The notes under the pieces: model-generated
The model's input: only the letters and a program-made list of their open reading frames with translations
What the model was told of the DNA's origin: nothing
Databases searched by the model: none
Source of the DNA: an uncultured Planctomycetia bacterium
GTDB taxonomy: Bacteria > Omnitrophota > Gorgyraeia > Duberdicusellales > 4484-171
Length of the DNA stretch: 64,000 nt
NCBI GenBank assembly: GCA_964420965.1
Contig: CAYQUQ010000001.1
Span: 31,544-95,543, forward strand
Direction: 5' to 3'
Made by a program: the position numbers and the translations under genes
In this document: piece after piece, positions 46,775-55,877 of the stretch
Numbering within the stretch: the first letter of the stretch is position 1
How the letters are laid out: the number at the start of each line of letters is the position of its first letter

Positions 46775-47596
46775 TCAATTCTGTTGTTCCTTTCCATTTG
46801 TTATTCGTTTTATTTCCTGATAAATTTCAGAACGATATTGGTCACCACCTATTTTGGAAAGAATATAATCTATTCTCAGTCGAGGAAATTGCCATTCGGG
46901 AGCAAGGCGAATTGCTTCTAAATGTGCGTCGATCGCCTCCTTATAATTACCAAGATATTCATAAGCCCAGCCCATGCTACAGTATGCTCTTGCAAAATCA
47001 GGAAAAAGAGAAATAGTTATTTTGCAGGCATCTATCGAGTCTTGAAAACGGCCCATAAGTCTGTAAGTAACGGCTTTATTTTGATAAGCGTCATACAGCA
47101 TGGGATTATGTATGATTGCCTTGTTGAATTCAACAAGAGCCTTATCATATTCTTTTAACGTCATATAGCAGGAGCCAATGCCGTAACGAGCCATACCAGC
47201 TTCTTTCCTGGCTATTCCTAAGGCACCCTGAAATTCTTTCAGGGCTTCCTTGGGTTTGCCTGATTTTTGCAAAGAGACACCCCTCTCATTGTATAAAGCG
47301 AATTCGGCTATATTAACGAGTTGGCCATAGTATTTTTCTGGCGACGAAATGGCGAGGGGCTCACGAGAATAACTGTTTTTTTCTACAGGGAGGCTGATTT
47401 TTTCATTCCCGATACATTCAATCTCATCAAAATAACAAGTGAACGGTATTCCCTGAAAATTAATTCTTATGTAATTTTCGGTACGTTCAATTATTTTTGC
47501 ATCGATTATCTCTCCCGATTTCAATTTAATGGTTTCAGCAAAGACAAAACTTAAAAAGGTTAAACTTATCAGAACTAATCCGATTACCTTCTTCAT
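46775..47596 (-). CDS. Exported TPR protein, cassette-borne
   Basis: MKKVIGLV signal peptide after GGGGAG RBS; four to five TPRs; lies between two attC sites. Confidence 0.85.
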   Translation of the reverse strand: MKKVIGLVLISLTFLSFVFAETIKLKSGEIIDAKIIERTENYIRINFQGIPFTCYFDEIECIGNEKISLPVEKNSYSREPLAISSPEKYYGQLVNIAEFALYNERGVSLQKSGKPKEALKEFQGALGIARKEAGMARYGIGSCYMTLKEYDKALVEFNKAIIHNPMLYDAYQNKAVTYRLMGRFQDSIDACKITISLFPDFARAYCSMGWAYEYLGNYKEAIDAHLEAIRLAPEWQFPRLRIDYILSKIGGDQYRSEIYQEIKRITNGKEQQN

Positions 47597-47618
47597 TTCA
47601 CTCCCCTTTTTTATTTTC

Positions 47619-47700
47619 ATCCAACACAAAAATCACCTGCCTGACGAGCCCGCGACTCTAGGGAGCGGCGAGGAAGGTCAGGTGGATTGACTTGTATCAG
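47619..47700 (-). mobile_element. Integron attC-like site 3 (82 bp)
   Basis: + strand atccaac-acaaa-aatcacc ... ggtggatt-gactt-gtatcag; L boxes pair with one extra G; R' GTTGGAT fits GTTRRRY. Confidence 0.8.
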
Positions 47701-47712
47701 TTATTCATTTGA

Positions 47713-48102
47713 TTACTTTTCAAAATAGTTTTTAAGGCAAATGACATAACCGAGAATAATTAAACAAATGAAAAAAATAATGGATATGGCAATTTTTATC
47801 GAGATATCTGCAGAGTCGATTCGAGAAAAATTATTTAATAAAAAAATTACGATACGTACAATCGGGATAGAGTATAAGATGATACCTATTTTCCATGCAC
47901 TTTTTTGTAGAGATAGAAACGCATATCCCCACCATATCTGGAATACACAAAATAAGAAAGGAAAGGCCTGCGATATAAAATCCTTTTTCTGAATAAGGTG
48001 GTATGGGTCCCAAATAATAATAGATATGCCGATAATTCCGCTAAAGATAGAAAGCCCACTAATTAGTTTTAATCCAAACGGTTTGGCATCTTCGTACTTC
48101 AT
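47713..48102 (-). CDS. Four-helix membrane protein of unknown function, cassette-borne
   Basis: AGGAGG RBS, four hydrophobic segments, AT-rich, stop 12 nt before attC-3. Confidence 0.75.
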   Translation of the reverse strand: MKYEDAKPFGLKLISGLSIFSGIIGISIIIWDPYHLIQKKDFISQAFPFLFCVFQIWWGYAFLSLQKSAWKIGIILYSIPIVRIVIFLLNNFSRIDSADISIKIAISIIFFICLIILGYVICLKNYFEK

Positions 48103-48188
48103 GTTCCTCCTTTCTTATGTCCTGACAATTAATATCCGGCTGTTTTAATTTATAGTTTTTGGTTACTAGATGCCACCCCTTAAATACT

Positions 48189-48217
48189 AGTATAGTCTTA
48201 AATATATACGAATTCAA
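48189..48217 (-). promoter_or_regulatory. Putative sigma70 promoter driving cassette array 2
   Basis: Minus strand TTGAAT-17-TATACT. Confidence 0.55.
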
Positions 48218-48250
48218 GCTCGGCAAACTTTTTTTAAAAAAAGTAAAAGG

Positions 48251-48312
48251 ATTTTGGCTTAAGATTAGCCGATAAAGTATTATTTGAAAAGCCCTTAATT
48301 ATAGAATAGAAT
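48251..48312 (+). promoter_or_regulatory. Conserved 39-bp motif plus sigma70 promoter of rlmN
   Basis: 36/39 identical to 17029-17067; TTGAAA(48284)-17-TAGAAT(48307). Confidence 0.7.
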
Positions 48313-48322
48313 ATTAAGGCTT

Positions 48323-49351
48323 ATGAAGAATATAAAAAATTACCTCCTTGGAGAATTGGAAGGATTCTTATCTAAAAAAGGTCACCCTAAGTTCTGCGGC
48401 CGCCAGATTTTTAACTGGCTGTACCAGAAAAGGATAGAGGACTTTACGGCCATGACCGATATTTCCCGAGAGGGCCGGGACTTTTTAAAGAAGAATTTTT
48501 ACTTTTCGCGGTTAGATTTGCGGAAACGGGAAATTTCTTCCGACGACACGCAGAAACTATTATTCGGCTTGGGGGATAAAAATTCTATCGAAACGGTGTT
48601 TATACCGGAAAAGAAAAGAAACACCTTATGCGTCTCTACCCAGGTAGGATGTAAATTCAAGTGCGCCTTTTGCTTAAGCGGACAAAACGGGTTTAGGCGC
48701 AACTTAGAAACCGCTGAAATTATCAATCAGTACCTGGCGGTGGCCGACTTGATCGCTCCTTTGAAAATAACCAATATTGTCTTTATGGGCATCGGAGAGC
48801 CACTGGATAATTTTTTAAATACCGTAAAAACAATAAGGATATTGATGGATTCGGCAGGAATTGGTCTGGGAAGAAGACGGATTTGTATTTCTACCTGCGG
48901 GCTCATTCCTTCGCTTAAGAAACTGGCGGATTTAAGAATGGGGGTCAAGCTTTCCCTGTCCCTGAACACCCCGGATAATGCCCGGCGCAGTGAAATAATG
49001 CCGGTCAATAAAAAGCACCCTTTGCCGGAAGTGATAAAAGCGGCCCGGTTTCTTTCCCGGCAGGAGCGGTATCCGATTACCTTTGAATATGCCTTGCTTC
49101 GAGGGTATAATACCCGTGAGAAGGACGCAGAGGGTTTAGCCCGGCTGTTAAGGGGTATGCGCTATAAGCTGAACCTTATTCCGCTTAATTGCGCCTTTGG
49201 CCGTTTCCGGCCCCCCCAGCCGGAGGAAATCGCCGCTTTTACCCGGGCCCTCCGAGAGAAAGGGGTATTTTTCACCATACGTAAACCTCGGGGCAGCGAT
49301 ATCAGCGCTGCCTGCGGGCAGTTAAGAGCTGATTTCGGCAATGAGCATTAA
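48323..49351 (+). CDS. rlmN: 23S rRNA (adenine-C2)-methyltransferase
   Basis: CVSTQVGCKFKCAFC, FMGIGEP, ISAACGQL. Confidence 0.94.
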   Translation: MKNIKNYLLGELEGFLSKKGHPKFCGRQIFNWLYQKRIEDFTAMTDISREGRDFLKKNFYFSRLDLRKREISSDDTQKLLFGLGDKNSIETVFIPEKKRNTLCVSTQVGCKFKCAFCLSGQNGFRRNLETAEIINQYLAVADLIAPLKITNIVFMGIGEPLDNFLNTVKTIRILMDSAGIGLGRRRICISTCGLIPSLKKLADLRMGVKLSLSLNTPDNARRSEIMPVNKKHPLPEVIKAARFLSRQERYPITFEYALLRGYNTREKDAEGLARLLRGMRYKLNLIPLNCAFGRFRPPQPEEIAAFTRALREKGVFFTIRKPRGSDISAACGQLRADFGNEH

Positions 49352-50006
49352 AGTTAATATCCGCTTTTTAATTTTTATCGGCCTGATCCTACTGTTTATT
49401 TTCGGCGGAAAGCTCTTTGCCGTTGATGCCGAAAAAATCGATACTTTTCTTAAAAAAATACCCCTTCTTTACTCCGCGTTAGCCTTTGTGCTTCTGTATG
49501 TAATCGGCACCTTTTTCATCTGGTATTTAAAAGACCCCTTAAAGATTGTGGGCGCGGTAATCTTCGGCGCTTATATCAGCACCCTGCTCATTTATATTGC
49601 CGAGATAATCAATGCTTATATCTTTTTTAATATCAGCAGTATTTTAGGCCGCGATTTTGTGGATAAGCATCTGCGCGGAAAATTTAAGAATTTTTATGAA
49701 AAAGTGGGGCAGATGAGCATGGGCTGGGTGTTCTTGATGCGCCTGGTCCCGCTGATCCCTTACCGGATCCTGGACTTAAGTTTCGGTTTAAGTAAATTTT
49801 CTTTTAGAAAGTATTTGTTGATTATACTCTTAGCCTCCCCGCCGCGAATATTCTGGATTCAATTTATCCTGGCTGCGGTGAGGGAATTCTCAGTGCAGAA
49901 GATGATGGTCTATTTTCTGGAAAACCGGATAATCTATTTCTGGTCGCTTCTCTATTGTATCTTCGCCATCGTAATCGCCTTCCGGCTTAAAAAGAAGCTA
50001 AAGTAG
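49341..50006 (+). CDS. TVP38/VTT (DedA-like) membrane protein
   Basis: Multiple TM helices, MRLVPLIP motif. Confidence 0.8.
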   Translation: MSIKVNIRFLIFIGLILLFIFGGKLFAVDAEKIDTFLKKIPLLYSALAFVLLYVIGTFFIWYLKDPLKIVGAVIFGAYISTLLIYIAEIINAYIFFNISSILGRDFVDKHLRGKFKNFYEKVGQMSMGWVFLMRLVPLIPYRILDLSFGLSKFSFRKYLLIILLASPPRIFWIQFILAAVREFSVQKMMVYFLENRIIYFWSLLYCIFAIVIAFRLKKKLK

Positions 50007-51161
50007 TTAATTTACCCTCTTCGTTTTTAAGAGGGTAATCTCTATCTGGGCGCTTTTGCCTATCGGGGTAGAGGCTATTTTTTCCCTGGCCGTAACCTCG
50101 ATACTGGCCCCGCGAAACAGAGTCCCGAAATCTTTAGAATTGGTCTGCCCGTAATACTCCCGGATGTGGTGTTCATACCGGAAACAATAATAATTTTTTC
50201 CTTTAGAGATGCCGAAAGTGGGGTCGACCGGGACCCAGCCGTATCGCGGTAGATAAATTTCCACCCAGGCATGGCCGACATCGGTTACGCATTTATTCCG
50301 GGAGACGTTAGGCATAAACACGATACCGTCTACTTCCCGCGCCGGAATGCCGCTGGTCCGGGCCAGGGCAATGAACAGCCTGGACAGATCAGCGCAATTT
50401 CCCTTTTTTATCCGGAGGGTTTGATCCGGGTTTTGAAATCCCGAAATTTCCGGCCGGTGTTCATAGGTAAAATTGCGGGTTATAAAGTTATACAGGGCTC
50501 TGCCTTTGCGATAAGGATTTTTTATATTTTTAGTTATGGATCGCGCCGTATTCTTAAGCAGCTTATTATTGATTTTTGCGTCTTTATAGCTTTTTAAATA
50601 AGCGCGGACTTTGGAATTCAGCTTGCCGTAACGGTCGGGAATAGCTTCCGGTTTCAGGCGTAAATCCGTCTGTTGTACCTGGATGGAATAGGAAATATTT
50701 ATATTAATATTTTTCCCGGTTCGGGGCCGGGGAAAGTCGAAAACAGCCACCTTATTATTATTCGGATCGTCGATAAGGGCATCGTGTTTAGGAAGAGTGC
50801 GAATAGTGGATATGGCCTGGTAGGATAAATTCCTGAGTCCTACCGGATAGCGGAAGCGCAAAGTATGCAAGTCCATAAGAGGTCTAATCGTAAAAGTTTT
50901 TTTCACCTTATAGGAAATGAGGTTTTTTATTACCGGCCTTTTGCGTTTTGAGGGGTAGTCTTTGATTTTGGCGATATCATCCCGGGGGTATTTTAAGGTA
51001 AGGTCGTCAATTTCAATTACGATATACCGGTCAGTTTTTTTTACGATTTCACCCCTTATTTTCCGGCCGGACTTAAAAGTAATCGTGTCGGCAAAAAGCA
51101 ATTGGCCAAAACAGCAGATTACTAGGGGGAGAAGTAATATTGTTTTATCGAGTTTCATCAA
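50007..51161 (-). CDS. Exported transglutaminase-like protein
   Basis: Signal peptide; GNCADLS, HAWVE, PVDPT triad. Confidence 0.85.
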   Translation of the reverse strand: MMKLDKTILLLPLVICCFGQLLFADTITFKSGRKIRGEIVKKTDRYIVIEIDDLTLKYPRDDIAKIKDYPSKRKRPVIKNLISYKVKKTFTIRPLMDLHTLRFRYPVGLRNLSYQAISTIRTLPKHDALIDDPNNNKVAVFDFPRPRTGKNININISYSIQVQQTDLRLKPEAIPDRYGKLNSKVRAYLKSYKDAKINNKLLKNTARSITKNIKNPYRKGRALYNFITRNFTYEHRPEISGFQNPDQTLRIKKGNCADLSRLFIALARTSGIPAREVDGIVFMPNVSRNKCVTDVGHAWVEIYLPRYGWVPVDPTFGISKGKNYYCFRYEHHIREYYGQTNSKDFGTLFRGASIEVTAREKIASTPIGKSAQIEITLLKTKRVN

Positions 51162-51710
51162 TCAAAAAAATACTGTTTTGAGCGTTAGTACAATGTAGCC
51201 GGCGGGAAAGCAAAAGGCAGCTATTCCTAATGGGTATAAAGCCGGCATGCGCTTATTGGTTTTTACATCCCGGGCTACCAGAAAGACAACGCCTAGGAAT
51301 ACGGCCCCGATGGAGCCGATTAAACCGGCCAGGCCGATAAATATATTTTGGCCGACACCTCTGGCAATAACCAGCGAGAGGATGGTCCCGATAATAAAGT
51401 TAAGGGCACAAAATATAAATCCACTCAGGATAATCTTTTCTCTCCCCACCCGGTAGGTTAATTCTTCCGGGGTGAGTTTAAGCTTCGGGTATCGGGGGTT
51501 ATATTTCCGGGCCATAATTTTTTCAATCGTCAATAAGCAGAAGATACTGTAGGCCCCGATCAGGATATCGAAGATAAAAGGCTTGGTTCCGGAAGCAGCC
51601 AGAGTGCCGCGGGCGGCATTAAAAAAATGGTAATCAGAAGCATAGCAGGCCAGCCGCAGGGTCCAGACCATAGACTCCGACCAGAAATAATCCCATTTAT
51701 TGACGGTCAT
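51162..51710 (-). CDS. Membrane protein of unknown function
   Basis: 182-aa ORF with about four TM helices, abutting both neighbours. Confidence 0.65.
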   Translation of the reverse strand: MTVNKWDYFWSESMVWTLRLACYASDYHFFNAARGTLAASGTKPFIFDILIGAYSIFCLLTIEKIMARKYNPRYPKLKLTPEELTYRVGREKIILSGFIFCALNFIIGTILSLVIARGVGQNIFIGLAGLIGSIGAVFLGVVFLVARDVKTNKRMPALYPLGIAAFCFPAGYIVLTLKTVFF

Positions 51711-52461
51711 ATTGTTCTTCCATTTGCTGCCGGATGTTCTCCATCACCTGCTTGGCATAGGAAATGGCCAGATCTACTTGGCCCAGGAATTCCGGGGGCG
51801 CGCCCTGTTCGATATATACCCGCCGGAGTTCTTCCATTTCCTCGATAGTGATAGTTTGCATTTTTTGCATCGCTTCCTTAGGCCGGCCGGCCGGATTATT
51901 TCTAATTTCTTTATGCAGGGTTAAAGAGAGCCCTAAAAGCTGGAGCCGCTTTTGGTGGTAGCGGGATAACTCTACCGGCGGGGATATGCTTTCGGTCTGT
52001 TTTATGAGTGTTTCGATTCCCTGAATAGCTTCAGCGAATATGCGCAGTTTTGTTTCCTGGTCCTGGCCCTGCATTTGCTTTCGGGCTATGGCGCCGATTT
52101 GTCCGGCTTTGTGGCCGATAATCCCCATTTGATTTAAGTAGCCCGAGACCCCGGCATGCCAATTCTGCCATTTTTTTAATTCAGCGCTGTCTTTTTCTAA
52201 CAGTTTTATATAATCCGAGGTATTTTTATCCGGACCGGCATATTCCGGGCCTAAAAAAGCGGAAGCGCTCTGGCCGTTAATGCTGTCAATATCTTCGGTA
52301 TAATAAGTTATGGGGATACCGCCGATATCCACCTTTATTTTTCCCTTGGCCTTCTCGATTATTTTACCTTCTACGGTTTTACCCGATTTCAAAATAATGG
52401 TTTCGGCAAAAAGGGAGAAGGAAATTGAGGCCCAGACGAGAAATAAAATTAACTTTTTCAT
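51697..52461 (-). CDS. Exported helical protein of unknown function
   Basis: MKKLILFL signal peptide and shared N-terminal domain; AAGGA RBS. Confidence 0.8.
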   Translation of the reverse strand: MKKLILFLVWASISFSLFAETIILKSGKTVEGKIIEKAKGKIKVDIGGIPITYYTEDIDSINGQSASAFLGPEYAGPDKNTSDYIKLLEKDSAELKKWQNWHAGVSGYLNQMGIIGHKAGQIGAIARKQMQGQDQETKLRIFAEAIQGIETLIKQTESISPPVELSRYHQKRLQLLGLSLTLHKEIRNNPAGRPKEAMQKMQTITIEEMEELRRVYIEQGAPPEFLGQVDLAISYAKQVMENIRQQMEEQYDRQ

Positions 52462-52483
52462 TTTTTATCCTTTCCTCACGGCC

Positions 52484-52512
52484 AGTATAGCATATTTAAG
52501 GCCATTTTTAAA
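52484..52512 (-). promoter_or_regulatory. Putative promoter for the three-gene minus-strand unit
   Basis: Minus strand TTTAAA-17-TATACT with TGn. Confidence 0.45.
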
Positions 52513-52594
52513 GCTGCGGCCGGTATTGGTTTTGCCTCTATCCAGTTTTTGTTTTTCGAGTATAATAAGTTTAAAACAAAAGGGGTTTTAAAAA

Positions 52595-53485
52595 ATGTCG
52601 TATCTGCTGCTTCACCGGGAGGGGAAACTCAAAGGCTTAAGCGCTGAATTGCTTAAGCGGCTGGCTTGCTGCACTCTTTGCCCGCGCAATTGCCGGGTTA
52701 ACCGGCTTGAAGCTCAGAAGGGGTTCTGTCAGACTCTGGATAAGGCAATAGTTTCCAGTGCTTTTCTGCATTTCGGAGAAGAACCGGAGCTGGTCGGCCG
52801 GGGCGGTTCGGGAACGATTTTTTTTGCCTACTGCAACCTGGGTTGTCTTTATTGCCAGAATCACAGTATTTCTCATTCCGGCGAAGGCCGGACGGTGAGC
52901 GCCGAGGAGCTGGCCACCTTAATGGTGCATTTACAGGAGCAGGGAGCCGAGAACATCAATTTGGTCACCCCCAGCCACGTAGTGGCCCAAATCGTGGCCG
53001 CTTTAGTCATCGCGGCAGATATGGGGCTTAAACTCCCTTTAGTGTATAATTGCGGGGGGTATGAGAGCTTAGAGACCTTAAGATTGATCGAAGGGGTTTT
53101 CGATATTTATATGCCCGACTTTAAGTATTCCCAGAGCGCTCCGGCCCAGCGCTTTTCTTCCGCTCCCGATTATTGGGAAATTGCCCAGGCGGCAGTACAA
53201 GAAATGCACCGCCAGGTAGGAGATTTAGTAGTCGAGGAAGGCCGGGCCCGGAAAGGCTTGCTGATCCGGCACCTGGTTTTACCCCATAAACTGGCCGGCT
53301 CATTTAAAATCCTGGATTTCATAAAGGACGAACTTTCTTTAAATACCTACGTTAATATCATGCGGCAATATTACCCTTGTTACCGGGCTTCCGAGTTTAA
53401 GGAGCTGGGGCGAAGAATTAATACCGCCGAATACCGGGAAGTGGTAGAATATGCTCAGCATATTGGGTTGAATAGAGAATTTTAG
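52595..53485 (+). CDS. Radical SAM protein, PflX-like
   Basis: CTLCPRNC, HFGEE, CNLGCLYCQN, DIYMPDFKY, LIRHLVLP. Confidence 0.88.
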   Translation: MSYLLLHREGKLKGLSAELLKRLACCTLCPRNCRVNRLEAQKGFCQTLDKAIVSSAFLHFGEEPELVGRGGSGTIFFAYCNLGCLYCQNHSISHSGEGRTVSAEELATLMVHLQEQGAENINLVTPSHVVAQIVAALVIAADMGLKLPLVYNCGGYESLETLRLIEGVFDIYMPDFKYSQSAPAQRFSSAPDYWEIAQAAVQEMHRQVGDLVVEEGRARKGLLIRHLVLPHKLAGSFKILDFIKDELSLNTYVNIMRQYYPCYRASEFKELGRRINTAEYREVVEYAQHIGLNREF

Positions 53486-53493
53486 GAGGAGCG

Positions 53494-54045
53494 ATGAAGA
53501 AAGAGATAGCCGTAAGTCAGGCCAGCCGGCTGATTAATTGCGGAATGGTGATCTTGGTTACCGCCGGCCATAAAGACCAGGCTACCATCACACCCTGTGC
53601 CTGGCACCTGCCGCTTTCTAAAAACCCCCCTTTGCTGGGGGTAGCTTTAGCTAAAGGACACTTTTCTGCGCAATTAATAAAGGAAAGCCGGGAGTTTATC
53701 GTGAATATTCCTCCGTGGCCTTTACGCAAGAAAGTGATTGCCTGCGGCAAATGCAGCGGCAGAGACGTAGATAAATTTGCGCAGGCCGAACTTACCCGGC
53801 TAAAGGCACATACCTTACAGGCTGTCCCGGCAATTGCCCAATGCCTGGGCCATATCGAATGCCGGCTCCGGGAAGCTAAAGAAACCGGCGACCATTTTCT
53901 GTTTATCGGCGATATAGTCTATGCCCAGGCCGAGGCCGACTGCTTTAAACAAGGGTTTTGGGATACAAAAACAACGGAGGTAATTTTTCATCTCGGCGCA
54001 AAATGCTTCTTTAAATCTGCGCCGCACATTGAGGTTCAGCCATGA
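53494..54045 (+). CDS. Flavin reductase family protein
   Basis: EFIVNIP, SGRDVDKF, GDHFLFIG. Confidence 0.88.
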   Translation: MKKEIAVSQASRLINCGMVILVTAGHKDQATITPCAWHLPLSKNPPLLGVALAKGHFSAQLIKESREFIVNIPPWPLRKKVIACGKCSGRDVDKFAQAELTRLKAHTLQAVPAIAQCLGHIECRLREAKETGDHFLFIGDIVYAQAEADCFKQGFWDTKTTEVIFHLGAKCFFKSAPHIEVQP

Positions 54046-54989
54046 AGGAGAGTATCCATAAGTTGCCTCAGCATTTTTTGCATAAGTTGAAAAAAATATA
54101 CCCTAACCGCCATGTGCAGATAGCCAATACCTTCCTGCACAAAAAAACCCCGGCCTTCAGGATAAATTACCTTAAGACCGACCTGGTTAACTTGCGCCGG
54201 GCCCTTATCCACCAGCGGGTTAAGTCTAAAGAGTTGAGCTATCCGGCAGGTTCATTCCGGCTCAAATCGCCGTTAAGAGTCCTGCAGAACGCCCCGGTCT
54301 ATCAGGAAGGACGTGTTTTCGTCCAGAATATTTCCAGTATGGTCCCGGTAATCAACCTTAAACCCCAGAATGGGGATAAGATTCTGGATTTATGTGCGGC
54401 CCCGGGAGCAAAAACCACCCAGATTGCTTCTCTGGCGCCTCAGGCCGAGGTGGTAGCGGTGGAAAAAATCCGCACCCGCTACTATAAACTTATGGCGAAT
54501 TTAAAACTTCAGGGGGCGGATAAGGTTGAGGTTCTTCTTTTAGACGGAATCTGGGTGCGCAAGAAATTCCCGGAACATTTCGATAAGGTCCTGGCGGATG
54601 TACCCTGTTCGGCCGAGGGCCGGTTTCTGGTTTCGAACCCTAAGACTTTTAAGTACTGGGGAGAGAGAAAGATCAATGAAATGGCCCATAAACAAAGGAA
54701 ACTCCTTCAGGCCGCGTTCTACGCCTTAAAAGAAGAAGGAGTATTAGTCTATTCTACCTGTACCTTCGCGCCGGAAGAGAACGAAGCGGTTGTGGATTGG
54801 TTTTTAAATAAGTTTAGGGAAAAAGTAGAGATTATGCCTTTGGATATAACGCTCGGCAATGCGGCGGAAGGCTTAACCCGCTGGCAGGATAAAAGATTCA
54901 GCCCTTCTTTGCGTTTTACCCGCAGAATCATTCCCACCGATACCTGGGAAGGTTTTTTTGTGGCTAAGTTTAAAAAGGTCGCTTTTTAA
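54042..54989 (+). CDS. RsmB/NOP family RNA (cytosine-C5)-methyltransferase
   Basis: DLCAAPGAKT, DVPCS, YSTCT, EENE. Confidence 0.92.
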   Translation: MKESIHKLPQHFLHKLKKIYPNRHVQIANTFLHKKTPAFRINYLKTDLVNLRRALIHQRVKSKELSYPAGSFRLKSPLRVLQNAPVYQEGRVFVQNISSMVPVINLKPQNGDKILDLCAAPGAKTTQIASLAPQAEVVAVEKIRTRYYKLMANLKLQGADKVEVLLLDGIWVRKKFPEHFDKVLADVPCSAEGRFLVSNPKTFKYWGERKINEMAHKQRKLLQAAFYALKEEGVLVYSTCTFAPEENEAVVDWFLNKFREKVEIMPLDITLGNAAEGLTRWQDKRFSPSLRFTRRIIPTDTWEGFFVAKFKKVAF

Positions 54990-55003
54990 GCGAGATTAGG
55001 AAT

Positions 55004-55040
55004 AAAAAAGGCATACTTGTTATTCAGTATGCCTTTTTTT
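55004..55040. terminator. Bidirectional intrinsic terminator
   Basis: aaaaaaggcatact-loop-agtatgccttttttt between convergent genes. Confidence 0.85.
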
Positions 55041-55051
55041 ATGGCTAATCC

Positions 55052-55321
55052 TTAATTAAGAATTGATTTCAATTCTTTGGATGCTCTAAAAGCAATCTTT
55101 TTCTTGGCCGGAACGTTGACCGGTTCGCCAGTCTTAGGATTGCGGGCCACTCTTGCTTTTGTCTGTTTTACTTTGAAAGTTCCAAAACCAGAAATAGCTA
55201 CCGGCTCCTTTTTCTTAAGACTACTCTTGATTGAGTCCCAGAGCATCTCCACGATTTCCTGAGCTTGTTTTTTCGTAGCTGTCTTAGCCGCGATTACTTC
55301 AACCAGTTGCGCTTTGTTCAT
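55052..55321 (-). CDS. hup: DNA-binding protein HU
   Basis: MNKAQLV, GFGTF, RNPKTGE, FRASKELK. Confidence 0.95.
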   Translation of the reverse strand: MNKAQLVEVIAAKTATKKQAQEIVEMLWDSIKSSLKKKEPVAISGFGTFKVKQTKARVARNPKTGEPVNVPAKKKIAFRASKELKSILN

Positions 55322-55450
55322 GTAAACACCCCCTTCGTTTATTTAGCTCCCACACCGCACAGGTGTGAGGCGAAAAACCTTCAATGTTTTCAACCACTTT
55401 TACTATTGTATAGCTGTAGCTTTTCTTGTCAAGAAATTTAAATACAATTT

Positions 55451-55503
55451 TTTACCCCGTTAGAAAAGGTTTCTTCTTGAAAAATTAGGCTTTTCTAACG
55501 GGG
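55451..55503. repeat. Palindromic element family A, copy 5
   Basis: ttta+ccccgttagaaaag...cttttctaacgggg. Confidence 0.88.
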
Positions 55504-55621
55504 CTTATTGTAAAATCTACGTTTTTTCCTATAATTGCTCTGGTGATTATCGTCTCCAAAGAAGGCCCGAAGGATTAATCTTGCTATCTCATTGACAATA
55601 AAGAGGTTAAGTAAATAAGTC

Positions 55622-55785
55622 TTTTCTCCGGGAGGATATGGCTTTGGGGATGAGCCCGCGGGAAAGTGAGGCCTTGATTAAATTGTCCCCGATTCGGCCG
55701 GAAGTTTAGTCTGTGGCAAAAAGCATTTATTTTTCAAGGCTTTTTAGAGCTAAAACCGGCCCGGGACCGGGATGCCGGGGAAAAT
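55622..55785 (+). ncRNA. Candidate 6S RNA (ends and strand uncertain)
   Basis: Terminal stem ttttctccgg/ccggggaaaa, inner gccttga/tcaaggc, upstream TTGACA; usual position of ssrS before the 5-formyl-THF cyclo-ligase gene. Confidence 0.4.
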
Positions 55786-55877
55786 TTTCATAGCTTTTTT
55801 CATTTAAAGTGGTATAATTTTCTCACTTCCCCCAGAACCCCGGATTTAGTCTTGGGGGCGAGCAGAAGTATGGTATA

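Noticed and set aside
48268-48276. GCCGATAA as a sigma-28 -10 box
   Set aside because: No TAAA at the expected 15-nt spacing, the other copy reads ACCGATAA, and a good sigma70 promoter follows.
50007-52461. Third minus-strand island as an integron array
   Set aside because: The genes abut or overlap with no room for attC sites, despite sharing the N-terminal domain.
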